Positions 38,437-52,341 of a stretch of 64,000 bases of DNA are shown in pieces. A model generated the notes under the pieces. The model was not told where the DNA came from. It was given only the letters and a program-made list of their open reading frames with translations, and made no database searches. The stretch covers positions 68,324,001-68,388,000 of the forward strand of contig NC_135822.1 in assembly GCF_964213995.1 (NCBI RefSeq). Direction: 5' to 3'. How positions within the stretch are numbered: position 1 is the first letter of the stretch; each line of letters opens with the position of its first letter. The position numbers were made by a program, and so were the translations under genes. Origin of the DNA: Mustelus asterias (taxonomy: Eukaryota).

Positions 38437-40337
38437 CAAGAACAATACATCACAGGAACAGGCCCTTCGGCCCACCAAGCCTCTGCCAATACGCGGTTTC
38501 TACTGATCTGTTTGCCTCCCATTCACGTGCCTATCAAGATACACCTTAAACATTGCTGACATGCCTGCTCCCAACACCTCCAGGCACCTGCCACTCTCTG
38601 CGTGAAAAACTTTCCCCCCACATCTCCCCTAAACTTCCCACCTCTCACCTTAAACCTTGTAGTCGACCTTTCCACCCTGGAAAAAAGCCTCTATCCACCC
38701 TGTCTATGCCTCTCGTAATTTTGAAGGCTTCTATCAGGTCGCTCCTCATCCTTTGTCTTTCCAGTGAAACAATCCAAGTTTACCCAACTTCTCCTCATAC
38801 CTAAAGCCCTCCAGACCTTGTAACATCCTGGTAAACCTTCTTTGCACCCTCTCCAAAGAATCCATGTTCTTCTGGCAGTGTGGTGATCAAAACTGTACAC
38901 AATCCTCCAAATGCAGCCTAGCTAAAGAACAGGTGCAACATAAAATGCCAACTTTTATACTCGATGCCCCTGACAGAAGCCAGAGGGTGGTTGTAGAGAG
39001 TTGTTTTCCAAACTGGAGGCCTGTGACCAGCGGTGTGCCTCAGGGATCAGTGCTGGGCCCACTGTTATTTGACATTTATAACAATGATTTGGATGAGAAT
39101 ATAGGGGGCATGGTTAGTAAGTTTGCAGATAACACCAAGATTAGTGGCATGGTGGACAGTGAGGAAGGTTATCTCCAATTGCAGCGGGATCTTGATCAAT
39201 TGGGCCAGTGGGCTGACGAATGGCAGATGGAGTTTAATTTAGACAAATGCGAGGAAATGCATTTTGGTCGATTGAACCAGGGCAGGACTTACTCAGTTAA
39301 TGGTAGGGCATTGGGGATAGTTACAGAACAAAGAGATCTAGGGGTACATGTTCATAGCTCCTTGAAAGTGGAGTCACAGGTGGACAGAGTGGTGAAGAAG
39401 GCATTCGGCATGCTTGGTTTCATCGGTCAGAACATTGAATACAGGAGTTGGGACGTCTTGTTAAAGTTGTGCAAGACATTGGTAAGGCCACACTTGGAAT
39501 ACTGTGTGCAATTCTGGTCACCCTATTATAGAAAGGATATTATTAAACTAGAGAGAGTGCAGAAAAGATTTACTAGGATGCTACCGGGACTTGATGGATT
39601 GAATTATAAGGAGAGGCTGAATCGACTGGGACTTTTTTCTTTGGAGCGTAGGAGGCTGAGGGGTGACCTTATAGAGCTCTATAAAATAATGAGGGGCATA
39701 GACAAGGTAGATAGTCAATATGTTTTCCCAAAGATAGGGGAGTCTAAAACTAGAGGGCATATGTTTAGATGAGAGATACAAAAATGTCCAGAGGGGCAAT
39801 TTTTTCATACAGAGGATGGTGTCTGGAACAAGCTGCCAGAGGTAGCAGTAGAGGCGGGTACAATTTTATCTTTTAAAAAGCATTTAGATAGTTACATGGG
39901 TACGATGGGTATAGAGGGATATGGGCCAAATGCGGGCAATTGGGATTAGTTTAGGGGTTTTTAAAAAAAAGGGCGGCATGGACGAGTTGGGCCGAAGGGC
40001 CTGTTTCCATGCTGTAAACCTCTATGACTCTATAACTCTATGACGATGAAGGCAAGCATGCTGTCTGCCTTATTGACCACCTTATCCACCTGTGTTGCCA
40101 TTTTCAGGGATCCGTAGACCTGTACACCCAGGTTCTTCTGCATGTCAATGCTCATAAGTGTTCTGCCATTTACTTTATAATTCGCACCTGAATTTCATCT
40201 TCCAAAATGCATCACCTCTCATTTGTCTGGACTAAACTCCATCTGCTGTTTCTCTGCCCAAGTCTGCAATCTATCTATAACTTGCTGTATCCTTTGACAA
40301 TCCTTGTGACTATCTGCAACTCTGCCAATTTTTGTGT
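38437..40337 (-). mobile_element. CR1 LINE inserted into the Gypsy integrase, itself split by a second CR1
   Basis: 3' tail at about 38440. DTKIGRV..QMEFSPDK at 40219-40337. Confidence 0.82.
38970..40043 (+). mobile_element. Young CR1 LINE (RT domain to 3' tail)
   Basis: ORF 38864..39772 (GVPQGSVLGPLLF..SKFADNTK) and (CTCTATGA)n tail. Confidence 0.93.
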
Positions 40338-40514
40338 CGCAAAGTGTGGATTTTATCTGCTGAATATCATTTACTTTGAAATAATGGTCAACCTCTTGTG
40401 AAGTGAACTGTGAGCCATTATTGCCAACAATCCATTCTGATTTACCAAATTTTCCAAAAGTTTCATCAAGTTTTTCATTGATTTGTTCAGATGTAGTAAA
40501 CCTCATGATAATAC

Positions 40515-41463
40515 TGTTGCAAAATTAAGTTTGTGAAGTTGGAATTTGATGTTGGTAAAGATGTAAAAAAATGTAAAAATGCTAGAGGGGAAAAAAAAAG
40601 CATGGTCCCTTTAAAAGCTGGTGTTTTGTTTCAGTGCTTGGAGGTTTAAATAGCAAAGCACAACCAGAGTCCAAGCTGAAACATCTGCATCAAAAAGTCA
40701 AGCAGTAGTTTTGACAAGACAACCTGCTTTTAAAAAAAAAATTTGCTCAATCAATTTAAAGCAAGCACTCAGCTACCAAGAACCTATAAGAACATAGAAC
40801 ATAGAACAGTACAGCACAGAACAGGCCCTTTGGCCCACGATGTTGATTTGAATATAAGATTTGAATCTGATGGTGTTGACTTCATCAGACCAATCCTATT
40901 GTAGGATAATTGATAGGTCATCATTGGTATAAAAGACAGCGTGGGGGGAAAACACAGGGAAGCAATGGATGAACTGCCTCTCAAGCCTTGAGGTGGAGAC
41001 AGCAGCTCTCAACTCTGCCAGCTTCAGATGTCTCTTAAGAGAACGCACCATCCAACTAGCGAAAGGTACCGAATCGGAAAGAACTTAGAGGTAGAGGAAT
41101 CAACAGAAGAACTCCAAAAGTTTCTGAAAGCTACAAAACCTGGTTGTATATTTTGAGAGTGACTGAATTCTATCGTTATTTTTTTTGGTTAATGAATGTG
41201 TATTATATTTATTTGAACAGCATTCCATTAGAATCTTATTTTATTCAGTATGTTACTTGTCTAGTTAATGTCCCCTGTTGGTTCAATAAAAAAATTGTTA
41301 AGTGTTCATTTTAAAGTGAATGTCAGGTATGTCTTTTAGTTAACATTACTGAAGAACAGTTCACACCTTCCCACACACTTTTAACAGATCACGAAGCGAG
41401 GTATTCCTTTTTAGGGGATTCGGCATTACCTCTCAAAAGGACGTCAACCTTCGCATCGTAACA
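40515..41463 (+). mobile_element. Solo LTR, about 950 bp, containing a short CR1 tail at about 40790-40845
   Basis: TGTTGC...CGTAACA termini, perfect 4-bp TSD ATAC (40511-40514 and 41464-41467), AATAAA at about 41285. Confidence 0.8.
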
Positions 41464-42264
41464 ATACCTGTTGGCCATGTTGAGTGTGCATCAATTATGA
41501 CTAAGAATGTGTCACTCTCAAACAGGCCAGTGAGATCTACACAATCATTGCCATGGCATTTTAGGCCACTCGCAAGGTTGTAAAGGAGACAACGATGGCG
41601 TATTTCTTATTCGTGCACAGGATTGATACTGTCCCACTTTTTCTTCATCATGAGCATCCAGACATGGCCATCAAAACTAGCTGCATGCTAATTCTTTCAT
41701 CTGGACTATACCAAGATGTCTTTCATGTAGCTGTTCAAGAACTCTGCCTTGCAGACTAAGAAGAATGACCGCTTGGATTCATGAGGGCAAGCCAACTTGA
41801 ATCATATCTGGTCCCCCTTGACACCTTGTGAACAGAACCCTCCAGAGGTGCATAGCTGAGTACAGCCCAATGCCAAGGAGCAGAGATGGGGCAATGTTGG
41901 ACGGGTGGAGAGGGGGGGGGGGGGGGGCGTCCCATGGGGGGGGGAGCTGCCAAGGGCTCCATGGTGGTGTTTGAGAAGTGGATGGAAGGAGTTCCATGGT
42001 GGGGGAGGGGAGAGGAGGGAGAGAGGTGATTCTGTGTGGGGAGGTTCCATGTCCATGGGGGGGAATGGGAGTCGAGGAGGTCCATGCCTTTGGGCAGGAG
42101 GTGGTGGGGGTTCTCGTCCGTGGGGGTGTTTGTTTTTTCCTATTTTTGTTTACATTGGAGCATCATCTGAGTTGTTGACGGTGCAGGCTCAGTCAGAGGC
42201 TGCCCCGCCAACATGACATTGTGGGATCTGCTCCTTACTCTTTTTTGACAGAGTGTCAAAAAAA

Positions 42265-42542
42265 ATAAAAGTTTATTTTTTAGTAAGTGGGCTTACATCA
42301 TCACTCCAATGAAGTTACTGCAAAATTCCCCTAGTCACCACACTCTGGTGCCTGTTCGGGTACGTTGAGGGAGAATTGAGCATGGCCAATCCACCTAACC
42401 TGCACAATTTTGGACTGTGGGAGGTGGGCATTTAGAGGAAACCACACAGGCATGGGGGGAATGTGTAAACTCCACACAGACAGTGATCCAAGCCAGGAAT
42501 CGAACCTGAATCCTTGGCGCTCTGATGCAGCAGTGCCACCGT
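42265..42542 (-). mobile_element. V-SINE type B
   Basis: Type B tail and V-domain. Confidence 0.8.
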
Positions 42543-43212
42543 AATATAACAGGTAAAGTCAGTTGTGCAACCAGCAGGCCACCTTCCCTCTGCCTTTCCC
42601 ACCAAAGTTGACACTTTGCCAGAAAATGGCAAAATTGCCTCCTTCGCATCTACTGCTTTTGAAAGGACTTAATTGGTTAGAAAGTATTCTGGCACATCCT
42701 CAGGTCATGAAAGATGCCTTACAAAGGCAAATCATGCATAGACATCCAAGCTGCCAAATGTTCTTTCCGGAGTGTGTCCAACTGTTTAAATAAGCACCAA
42801 AATTCAATTAAGTCTGCCGATTTTCCTAAATACCAGCACCAATTCACCCTCACCTCTAGATTAGCTATTTCATTTTCCATTCCAAGTGACAAGTTTTACT
42901 TAACATCACTGTAGTGGTGATATTGCTAATTATTATTCTGACACTAAAAAACTAGCAGATATCCAAATCATCAGTTCAGCGTGTGAAGAAAGTAAATGAG
43001 ATTCAGTCAGATAGGTGGCAAGTCTCAGAGAGACCTTCCTTCCAAACTCGAAACCCCTGATTTGATGACAACCTGTAAATCATTCACAGGTATTCATTGT
43101 TCTATATACAAATCATCCGTAGCCCTCCTATCGATGCCAGCCTGTAACTCACATCTGACCATCTATTAATCTGTATGCAAACGACCCAAAACCTCTCTCT
43201 CCACTATTCTTC

Positions 43213-43475
43213 AAAGTAAAAGTTTATTTATTAGTCACAAGTAAGGCTTACATTAACACTGCAACGAAGTTACTGCAAAATTCCCCCAGACGCCACAGTC
43301 CGGCACCTGTTCGGGTCAGTGCATCTGACCAACGCGCCTTTCGGACTGTGGGAGGAAACAAGAGCACCCGGAGGAAACCCCACGCAGACACGGGGAAAAC
43401 ATGCAAACTCCACACAGACAATGACCCTAAGCGGGAATCAAACCCAACTGTGCGAACCACTGTGCTACCGTGCGG
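43213..43475 (-). mobile_element. V-SINE type B with internal deletions
   Basis: Type B tail, V-domain and partial head. Confidence 0.8.
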
Positions 43476-44309
43476 TGCCTTATTGCCCGCAAGTGATACG
43501 AGTGACTGCTGTGCTTGGTTATGTTGCAAAAAGCTGGTTTTATTTTTTTTTAAAGTGCACCGTCAGTGAGGTGCGGGAGGTAGCCTCCCTCCAAACAAAT
43601 GAACGCTATTTCAAACTTGACATAATTTATGCAGATGGTTAGTAGTTAGCCAACTTCGCCCTTCCCCTCCATTGCTCATCGAGTGAAAGGGCTGATGCTA
43701 TCTGGAAAGGTTGTGAAAGGAAAATATGGCTCTGTAATAGTCAGCTACATAAAAGATATCACGTTTGTGACAAGATCTGTGGCTCCAAATTGCGTCGGAA
43801 ATGTATCACAAAATCTTTAACAAATGGAGTTCCGTTTACTGATTGCTTTCTGTGTGTGGCGGCAATTCAATTTTTCTTGTTCTTTTTCGTGCGTCAGCAC
43901 ATTCTATTTGTTCTTCCACAACGGAGAAAAGCACTAAATCAGCCATTAACCACAGGGTACAGCCCTGAGTAGATTGATGTTGCAGAATATGCGGAGTTTT
44001 TAGATAATAATTTGACTGTGCTATATTGCTGGAGCAGTGGTTCACACAGGCGCTGGGAAATCAACATGACTTAAATATATTAAGCTGCGAAGCCCTAATG
44101 GGCCACAGGTTAATGATTTTGCTCCCGTAACTGCAGTTTCCAGGAATAATGGATGAGTTGAATTGTACTGTTGTAGTAACAATCGTGCTTTTGCTGTATT
44201 ACAACATCCCAAAAATAGAAACTGTGCCACAAAGCAGAAACTGGATACCAAGCATTGGTGGGAAAGTTGTGCAAGGGGTGAGCCAAAGAGGTGGGTCCAA
44301 AGGAAGTTG

Positions 44310-45073
44310 ATCTGATTTGGTTTATTATTGTCACATGTATTGGGACACAGTGAAAAGTATTGAATTGATTTGATTTGATTTATTATTGTCACATGTATTA
44401 ACATACAGTGAACAGTATTGTTTCTTGCCGCTATACAGGCAAACAATCCGTACACAGAGAGGGAAAGGAGAGAGTGCAGGATGTAATGTTACAGTCATAG
44501 CTAGGGTGTCGAGAAAGATCAGCTTAATTGTAATAAATCTTCAGAGGCAGAAGTCTCTTCACCCTTTATTTACAATTCCAACAGCAGTACCCAGAGGGCT
44601 ATCAGTCAGCAGTCTACTTCGGGAGTGCCAGAGGAACTGACACTCCCGGTTAAATACAAGGAAAAACTCCCTGATTGTCCCATCAATTAACTCCTTAATC
44701 AGGGAGTTCATATTCCAATAGGCCAGCCTCAATGGCCTGATTGAAGTCATTATACTAATATCAGGTAGGTCCATTCAAAAGTCTGATGGCAGCAGGGAAG
44801 AAGCTGTTCTTGAGTCGGTTGGTACGTGTATCTTTTTGTATCTTTTTCCCGACGAAAGAAGGTGGAAGAGAGAATGTCCGGGGTGCGTGAAGTCCTTGAG
44901 CATGCCAGCTGCTTTTCCGAGGCAGCGGGAAGTGTAGACAGAGTCAATGGATGGGAGGCTGGTTTGCGTGATGAACTGGGCTTTGTTCACGACCCTTTGT
45001 AGTCTCTTGCAGTCTTAGTCAGAGCAGGAGCCATACCGAGCTGTGATACATCTGGAAAGGATGCTTTCTATGG
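44310..45073 (-). mobile_element. Rex1/Babar LINE 3' end with doubled tail, split by a solo LTR
   Basis: Peptide TQTSLPSIDSVYTSRCLGKAA and two TGTGACAATAATAAA tails. Confidence 0.85.
44529..44754 (-). mobile_element. Solo LTR, 226 bp
   Basis: TGTAAT...ATTATA termini, flanks TTAAT/CTAAT, minus-strand AATAAA. Interrupts Rex1 cleanly. Confidence 0.68.
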
Positions 45074-46024
45074 CTTTTGGAATTTTGGAAGTTTTGGAAG
45101 AGAGGAGAGGGGCTTGATGAGATTAGGATCAAAGCTGAAAGTTGGGACTGAACAAGGTATAACAGATGGAGTTGGAGGTGCAAAGGAGGCTTGAGTTGAA
45201 AGGGAAGAGTGAGGACATTATCATGTTGGGTTGGAGGAGACTGCAGCGGCAGGGACAAGCCAAGGACAGGGTATGATGTAAAGATGACATGAATGATTTT
45301 GAATTTGATCTGCTGCAGAATGCAGAGGTAGCAAAGATAAGTGTGAATATGAACTACAGGGGCATGATGCTCAATGGCCGAGAGTTTTGGATCAGTTGGA
45401 CATTAAATGAGGTGGAATTCAGCAGGCTTCTGTGGAGATCATTGGACGAGTTCAGCTTGGACTTGATGTAGGCTTGGTGAGAGACAATGAGGAGAATGTC
45501 GTGGTGAGGGATATGTGATGGCACAGAGATGGAAACAGGAGGTACGGCTGGTAACTGGGATGTCACTTCAAATTGAGTGCCATCTTCATTGAGAGAACAA
45601 ATGAGAAGAATAGCAAATCAGTAATGTGCACACATCTGCAGTAAGACATCCTCTGCTTCCTACTTGCCGTGTCTAAAGCCAAGCTAAGGTACTTAACTCT
45701 GGTCCTCACAAAATGTAGGGCAATTAAGGCAAGGAGACAGGTTTCCACAAACTATCACAGCTGGTGTGCTTGAAACCACACTATTGGCATTGTTTGCACC
45801 ACAGTCTCACCATCTAGCCAACAGGGCAAACTGACCACACTCACAGTGGTTACAATTTCCCGACCAAGAGCAAAGTTCTCACCATACATGCTTTTTAAAA
45901 TCCTGTTGAAATAATGTTTGAGTTGAGTTGTTTCAATTTAATTAAATTATAATCTTCAGATTTGGATGGCTGGCACTTTAATTTTGTGGTTGTAAGATCG
46001 ATTGTGAGAAGGTCAATGTGATCG

Positions 46025-46325
46025 CTGGCAACCCTCCAATATATCTGTGCTCCTCTGATCCTGACCTCCTGAGCATTCCAGATATTAATCGCTCCACTAT
46101 CAGAAGGCATACCTTCACCTGCCAAGGCACTAAGCTCTGAAATTCCCTCCATAAACCTCTCCACTTCTCTTTATTTCTGTAAGATGCTCTTTTAAAACAA
46201 AGTCTTCCGTCTGCCCTCATATTTCGTTATGTGGTTCGGTGTTGAATCATGCTTTATAATCCTCTTGTGTCGTGACCTGAGATGTTTTGTTACCTTAAAG
46301 GTGTTTTATACATACATGTTGTGGT
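46025..46325 (+). mobile_element. Decayed L2-type LINE 3' end
   Basis: AATCGCTCCACTAT...AATTCCCTCCATAAACCTCTCC. Homologous to the minus-strand L2 fragments. Confidence 0.65.
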
Positions 46326-47349
46326 TGGATGTTATTGTTGTTGGTTGCAAGTAACAGATTGAACCTGTGCTTTTGCATTCCGTATGTCTCAGCTTACACA
46401 CACTCTCAGAGGCAAATCGAGCCCCACAGACCACAAGACATTATATTCATCAGGTAGAATTGACAGCAAAAAACAGGCCATTTGACCCAACTAGATCACT
46501 GCTGGTGTTTCTGCTGCACATGAGCCTCCTGCTGCCCCAGTTCATCTCACCCATCTACTTCTGTTCCTTTCTCTCTTAGCGAGGTTATGTACCTTCGCCT
46601 TGAATGCAACAATGCTACCTGGCTTAACTACTCCTTGTGGGAATGAGTTCGACACTCTACCTATACTTTGGGTGCAGAAGTTTTTCCTGAACTTTTGAAT
46701 GAATTTATGAATGACTACCTGACATTTATGGCTTTAGTTTTGGTCCCCTCCACAAGTGGAAGATCTTCTCTACATCTCACCTATCAAACCCTTGCATTAT
46801 ATATGAAAAATCTGTCTTCTCTTTTCAATCCATTTCAAGAATTCCTCACAGATACAACCTCCCTGTTCTGGCATCGGTCTTGTGCAGTTTAATGGTACCT
46901 TCTCCAATGTTTCTCTATCCTCTGATAATTTGGAAACCAGAACTGGCGCACAGTACACTCCAAGCTTGTTTGCCAGATGGTGCTGAGAGGAATGATCTGA
47001 GGTGAAACAGAGTTGGATTGGATTGGTATGAGTTGCTTCATGGCTCTGGGCGAGGGAAGGTGGAAAGTCTGCCAATGGTGATTTCTCTCTGGATACCAAA
47101 ATTAGAATTGGAACCACTGTGTGTGTTGGATGGGCTCCTAAATGAACCATACTGCTTCTGCCAGGTCTGTTTACTATGTGAAAGGCCCAGCTACCACTTG
47201 AGTGCAGAACTTAACCATTTTGCATGAGTTTGCTGAACTTTCTGATCTGACGATCACTTGGGGCAGAGGAGGGTAGGATGAATATAACTGTGAAACTTTA
47301 ATCCTGCAGGAATTAGCATCTTCAAGAGAAGAGAGAGACTGAGAAGGAG

Positions 47350-48035
47350 TTTTTTTTTAAATTCATTCATGGGATATGGATGTTGCTGGCTGGACCAGCA
47401 TTTATTGCAGATCCATAATTGTCCTTGAATTGAGTGGCTTGCTCGGCCATTTCATAGTCAACCATATTGCTGTGGATCTGGAGTCACAAGTAGGCCAGGC
47501 CAGGTAAGGACGGCAGACTTCCTTCCCTGAAGGACATTCGTGAACCGGATGGGATTTTACAACAATCGACAATGGCTTCATGGCCATCATTAGACTTTAA
47601 ATTCCAGATAAGGGCAGCACAGTGGTACAGTGGTTAGCATTGCTGTCTCACAGCACCAGGGTCCCAGATTCAATTCCGGCCTTGGGTCACTGTCTGTGTA
47701 GAGTCTGCACGTTCTCCCCATGTCTGCGTGGGTTTCCTTTGGGTGCTCCGGTTTCCTCCCACAGTCTAAAGATTATGTGGGTTAGTTTGATTGGCCATGA
47801 TAAATTGACCCTTGTGTCCGAGGGATCAGCAGGGTAAATATGTGGGGTTATGGGAATAGGGTGTGGGTAGGATTGTGGTCAGTGCAGACTCGATGGGCCA
47901 AATGGCCTCCTCTGCACTGAGGATTCTATGATTTTTATCGAATTCAAACTTCATCTGCCGTGGTGGGATTCGAATCCAGGTCCTCATAACATTACACTGG
48001 GTCTCTGGCTTAGTAGTCCAGTGACAATAACAGTA
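47350..48035 (-). mobile_element. RTEX-tailed SINE split by a plus-strand HE1 SINE (47612-47932)
   Basis: Tail and body at 47350-47610, head at 47933-48035, HE1 between them. Confidence 0.82.
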
Positions 48036-48254
48036 TAAATATACACGGAGTAAGAATTAAATAGTTAGTTTGAAAGACAATAGTAGGAAAAATATGGTGG
48101 AACAGCTTTGAGAACTCTGGATGAGAGGACAGAAGTGTCAACCAATCCTGATTCAACCAAGTTCCAAAAATAAAACACCACCATCATTTTGTGGAGCTGT
48201 TCATAGAAAGAACATTGAAGACACAGAAGAAGATATAATATAGATAATCAAGGT

Positions 48255-49167
48255 GAACATAGAACATAGAACATAGAACAGTACAGCACAGAACAGGCCC
48301 TTCGGCCCACGATGTTGTGCCGAGGTTTATCTGAAACCAAGATCAAGCTATCCCACTCCCTATCATCCTGGTGTGCTCCATGTGCCTATCCAATAACCGC
48401 TTAAATGTTCCTAAAGTGTCTGACTCCACTATCACTGCAGGCAGTCCATTCCACACCCCAACCACTCTCTGCGTAAAGAACCTACCTCTGATATCCTTCC
48501 TATATCTCCCACCATGAACCCTATAGTTATGCCCCCTTGTAATAGCTCCATCCACCCGAGGAAATAGTCTTTCAACGTTCACTCTATCTATCCCCTTCAT
48601 CATTTTATAAACCTCTATTAAGTCTCCCCTCAGCCTCCTCCGCTCCAGAGAGAACAGCCCTAGCTCCCTCAACATTTCCTCATAAGACCTACCCTCCAAA
48701 CCAGGCAGCATCCTGGTAAATCTCCTCTGCACTCTTTCCAGCGCTTCCACATCCTCCTTATAGTGAGGTGACCAGAACTGCACACAATATTCCAAATGTG
48801 GTCTCACCAAGGTCCTGTACAGTTGCAGCATAACCCCACGGCTCTTAAACTCCAACCCCCTGTTAATAAAAGCTAACACACTATAGGCCTTCTTCACAGC
48901 TCTATCCACTTGAGTGGCAACCTTTAGAGATCTGTGGATATGGACCCCAAGATCTCTCTGTTCCTCCACAGTCTTCAGAACCCTACCTTTGACCCTGTAA
49001 TCTACATTTAAATTAGTCCTACCAAAATGAATCACCTCACATTTATCAGGGTTAAACTCCATTTGCCATTTTTCAGCCCAGCTTTGCATCCTATCTATGT
49101 CTCTTTGCAGCCTACAACAGCCCTCCACCTCATCCACTACTCCACCAATCTTGGTGTCATCAGCAAA
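48255..49167 (-). mobile_element. Young CR1 LINE, 5'-truncated
   Basis: Open ORF 48343..49170 (FADDTKIGG...). Tail reads (GAACATA)n on the plus strand. Near-identical to 53414-54310. Confidence 0.94.
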
Positions 49168-50929
49168 CAAAGTTGCTGCAGGGATGAGAAACTATAGTCA
49201 TAAGAAAAGACTTGAAACATTGGGCCTACGTCCACAATAGCAGAGAAGGCTAAGAGGGACTTTGACAGACGTTTTTGAAACTCACAGAGTTTTATGACTG
49301 GGGAGTTAGAGACGAGGCTGAGTCGGTTGTGGGGTGGGTGGGGTGGGGTGGGAGGTCTCCGGCACTGGGGTCGTCAATTTAAAACTCTTGTTAAGAGGTG
49401 AAGAGTGAGGCAAAGAGAAATTCTCTCGGAGCTGAAAATGTTTTGTCAATGACATGGTTGAGGGAGAGATTGTAGATGAAAAGTTGATAAATATCTGAAG
49501 CAGGGGTAGATGTAAAGGATTTGAAAGGGGAGGCTTGGGGAGCTAACACAGGGCACCGGGATTAGTCTTGGATTGCTGTAACAAGGAACTAAGATAGACA
49601 CAATCGGCCAAATGACTGCTTTCTGTACTGTAAACTGCTATGGAAATCTAAGACCACCTCTTTTTCAATAACTAGCAAGCGGACAGAGCAAGAATGTACT
49701 GAGTCTGTTAATCTGCAGAGTTAGGTGTGGTAAAAATCTATGCAAATCCTGCATTACTTCACTCCGTAGTCTTGTGAAGAATAATCAATGATTGCCCTGA
49801 AGGCACTTGCCCATAACTCTAACAAGGTTCAGTTTGCAGTAGGCACGGACATCGCCTCTGATTGCAATGGTTTGAATGTGCGTTATGCATGGCTAATGAT
49901 ATTAAAATTTGTATCAAACAGGTGGAGAACCAAAACTTGAGGCTTGGTGTGAGAACTGAGTGAAAGACTGACTCCAAGCAGATAGCTGGGGATGCTGACA
50001 CAACTGCAGAGCCTTTTGGCATCTATAGCTAAACAGCATTGGCACCCGTTTGAATCACTGACTTCTGACAATGCCAATTTGCAGGACAGTTCAATTGAAG
50101 GTTACCTCAGATTGGAGTCGAACAATCTGCTTTGTGTCACTAATTATACACAGTCAGGAAACACGCAGGGGTGTTCAACAATGTAAACTGACAATTATAA
50201 GTGACAATTCAAAATGGCCAAGCAAAAAATGACTCTACTATGGCCTGATGGGAAATATGGCTAACTTCAGGACAGAAGGTTTTAAACTCCAGCCTGAAAG
50301 TGTGTGGCTGCGAAAAGGAACGATCTTTGTTTACCTGCGACAAATGGTTTTCATTTTACGATGAATAATATCGTCAGCAGGATACTGGACAATGGTTGCT
50401 TTCAAGGGGGAAGCTGTAATGACACATCTTCAATACTAATGTCATTCTAATCGATCATCTGGAGCCAGGAGGCTGATTTTAAGTGCTAAAGTAACTGAGG
50501 ACAACTGCCCTAAGGCGAGGCTGCTTGCAGTAAACCAGTATGGATGATATGCCTATGATCAGTGTGTACGTGTAGAACTGCATGTGGTCCAGCCATTCTC
50601 AAAGAATAAATATTGGAGTTTTGAAGAACAGGATCAGGAGAGATGAGAAGAACCACAGAAGAAGAAAGGAACCTTAAGCTTTAAGCTTGATGAAGTGTGA
50701 CCCCTCTCCATGCCTGGCCAGCTTGAATGGATAGTGACAACCCGACAGGGCAATTAGATGAGTATAAGTAGTTAAAATGTATGTTTGTATGGTTGTTATA
50801 GTAGATTTATAGGGGAATAGAAGCATTGATTTGTGATACAGTGTGAGAAAATCAATGTGCAGCAGTCATAAATATTTAAAGTTTCCCTCTGCTTTCCTAA
50901 TAAAGACGTGAACTGATTTAAAAATAAAG

Positions 50930-51888
50930 GGGGTGGTCTTACCTTTCCGTGGTGCTGGTTGATGGGCAGGTCGAGCCGGTAAGATCACGAGAGAGGCAGA
51001 AAATCAGGTTCATGTCCAATATCTTGCCAATCATGATCTTACTGGCACCAGATGTCTGGCGGGATCAGCCTCACACACAAAATGGGCGCCTCACAGTTGA
51101 TCTCAATATTTTAATCTATTTTAAATAGAATTTAAGTATTACCAGTGAGCCTCGCTGGTGAAGGTCCTCACTGGTGGGGATCACATATGGTCCCCATCAA
51201 CGGGGACCTGTCGTGATGGCCTCGCTGGTAGGACCCGAGGCCCTTAAGGCCCCCCGGGAAGTCTGGGGTGGTGGGTGCACCTTGGGCAGTGCCAGCCTGC
51301 CATGCCAGCCTGGCACCCTGACACTGCCCAGCAGGCACCCTGGAACTGCCAGCCTGGCACACTGGTAGTGCCCATCAGGCACCGGGTGTGGGGCCTGAGG
51401 GGCAGGGCCTAAGGGGCAGATGCTGCGCACTCTGCAACTGGCAATCGATCAGGATGGGGGGGGGGGGGGGGGTGGAAAGCGAGTGACCAGGCTGGGATGG
51501 AGGTGGGGGGAGGGGTGGGGGCTGGTGATCAGTCATCCCATGCAGGTAGGGAGATGTGATCGACTGGGCTGGAATAGGGTCAGGGTGTTGATCGGCCAGA
51601 CTGCGGGGGTGTGGGATCATTTGTGGAGGCCAGTGATAAACAGGGGTGAGGGTGCAGTGTCAGAACTCTCAAAATCTGCGCATATACAATTGCGCCCTCT
51701 GCTGTGAGCTTCCGGCTTTTGGCGAGCTGAGTCCCCAACCCCTCCCGCCACTGGCGAACAGATTTAGCAAAATCTTTTTGCACACTGGCAGAAGTTGGGA
51801 CTTATGACCTCGCCTAAAAAAACGGACGTGAAACTCTCCCATTTTTCACGCTCGGTCGGGACCTAGAATTTTTTGGTAAGATCACCCC
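50930..51888. mobile_element. Non-autonomous DNA transposon (Harbinger-like), about 960 bp
   Basis: 14-bp TIR GGGGTGGTCTTACC / GGTAAGATCACCCC (13/14). GC-rich interior with TGCCA/GGCA repeats. Confidence 0.7.
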
Positions 51889-52341
51889 AAACATTTTGGA
51901 GCAAGGGTCTCGGTTGCCAGGTCCTACCACCAGACTGGCTTTGACCTTCCCTGGGTGACTGTTGAAACCCCTCCCATTGTCCTGATGGAGCAGAATGTAC
52001 AGGCTTCCCTGCCTCCAATAACTCTCAGTCCTTCCCCGATAATCCCATTGTCATTGTGGTCGATATCCCTGAGTTATTCCCTGAATCCTTTGGGGTGGAT
52101 GTGCCTCATTGTGGTCCTGACCCCTCCCCATCTTCATTCCCATTGGGTGAAATTCACCTATTTCGTATTCCACCTGCATTTTCTCTCACAATGAAAGATA
52201 AAATTAGGACGATAGTGAAATGAGCAGGAGTTGCAGTGCTGCCTTCTTTTTGGCACAATATAAGACACCTATTGCCACCAGTGTGTTTGGCACTTTGCAT
52301 GTTTCACTCAGTGGGAAACACCCTTGCCTCCAAGTCACAAA

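Larger units (their letters stand above)
37990..41750 (-). pseudogene. Decayed Gypsy integrase split by nested insertions
   Basis: Collinear minus-strand peptides: LHERHLGIVQMK, WPKMPWQ..VDLTGLF..FLVIIDAHSTWP, NGSQFTSQEV, YHPSANRLAERFVQALN. Confidence 0.8.
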
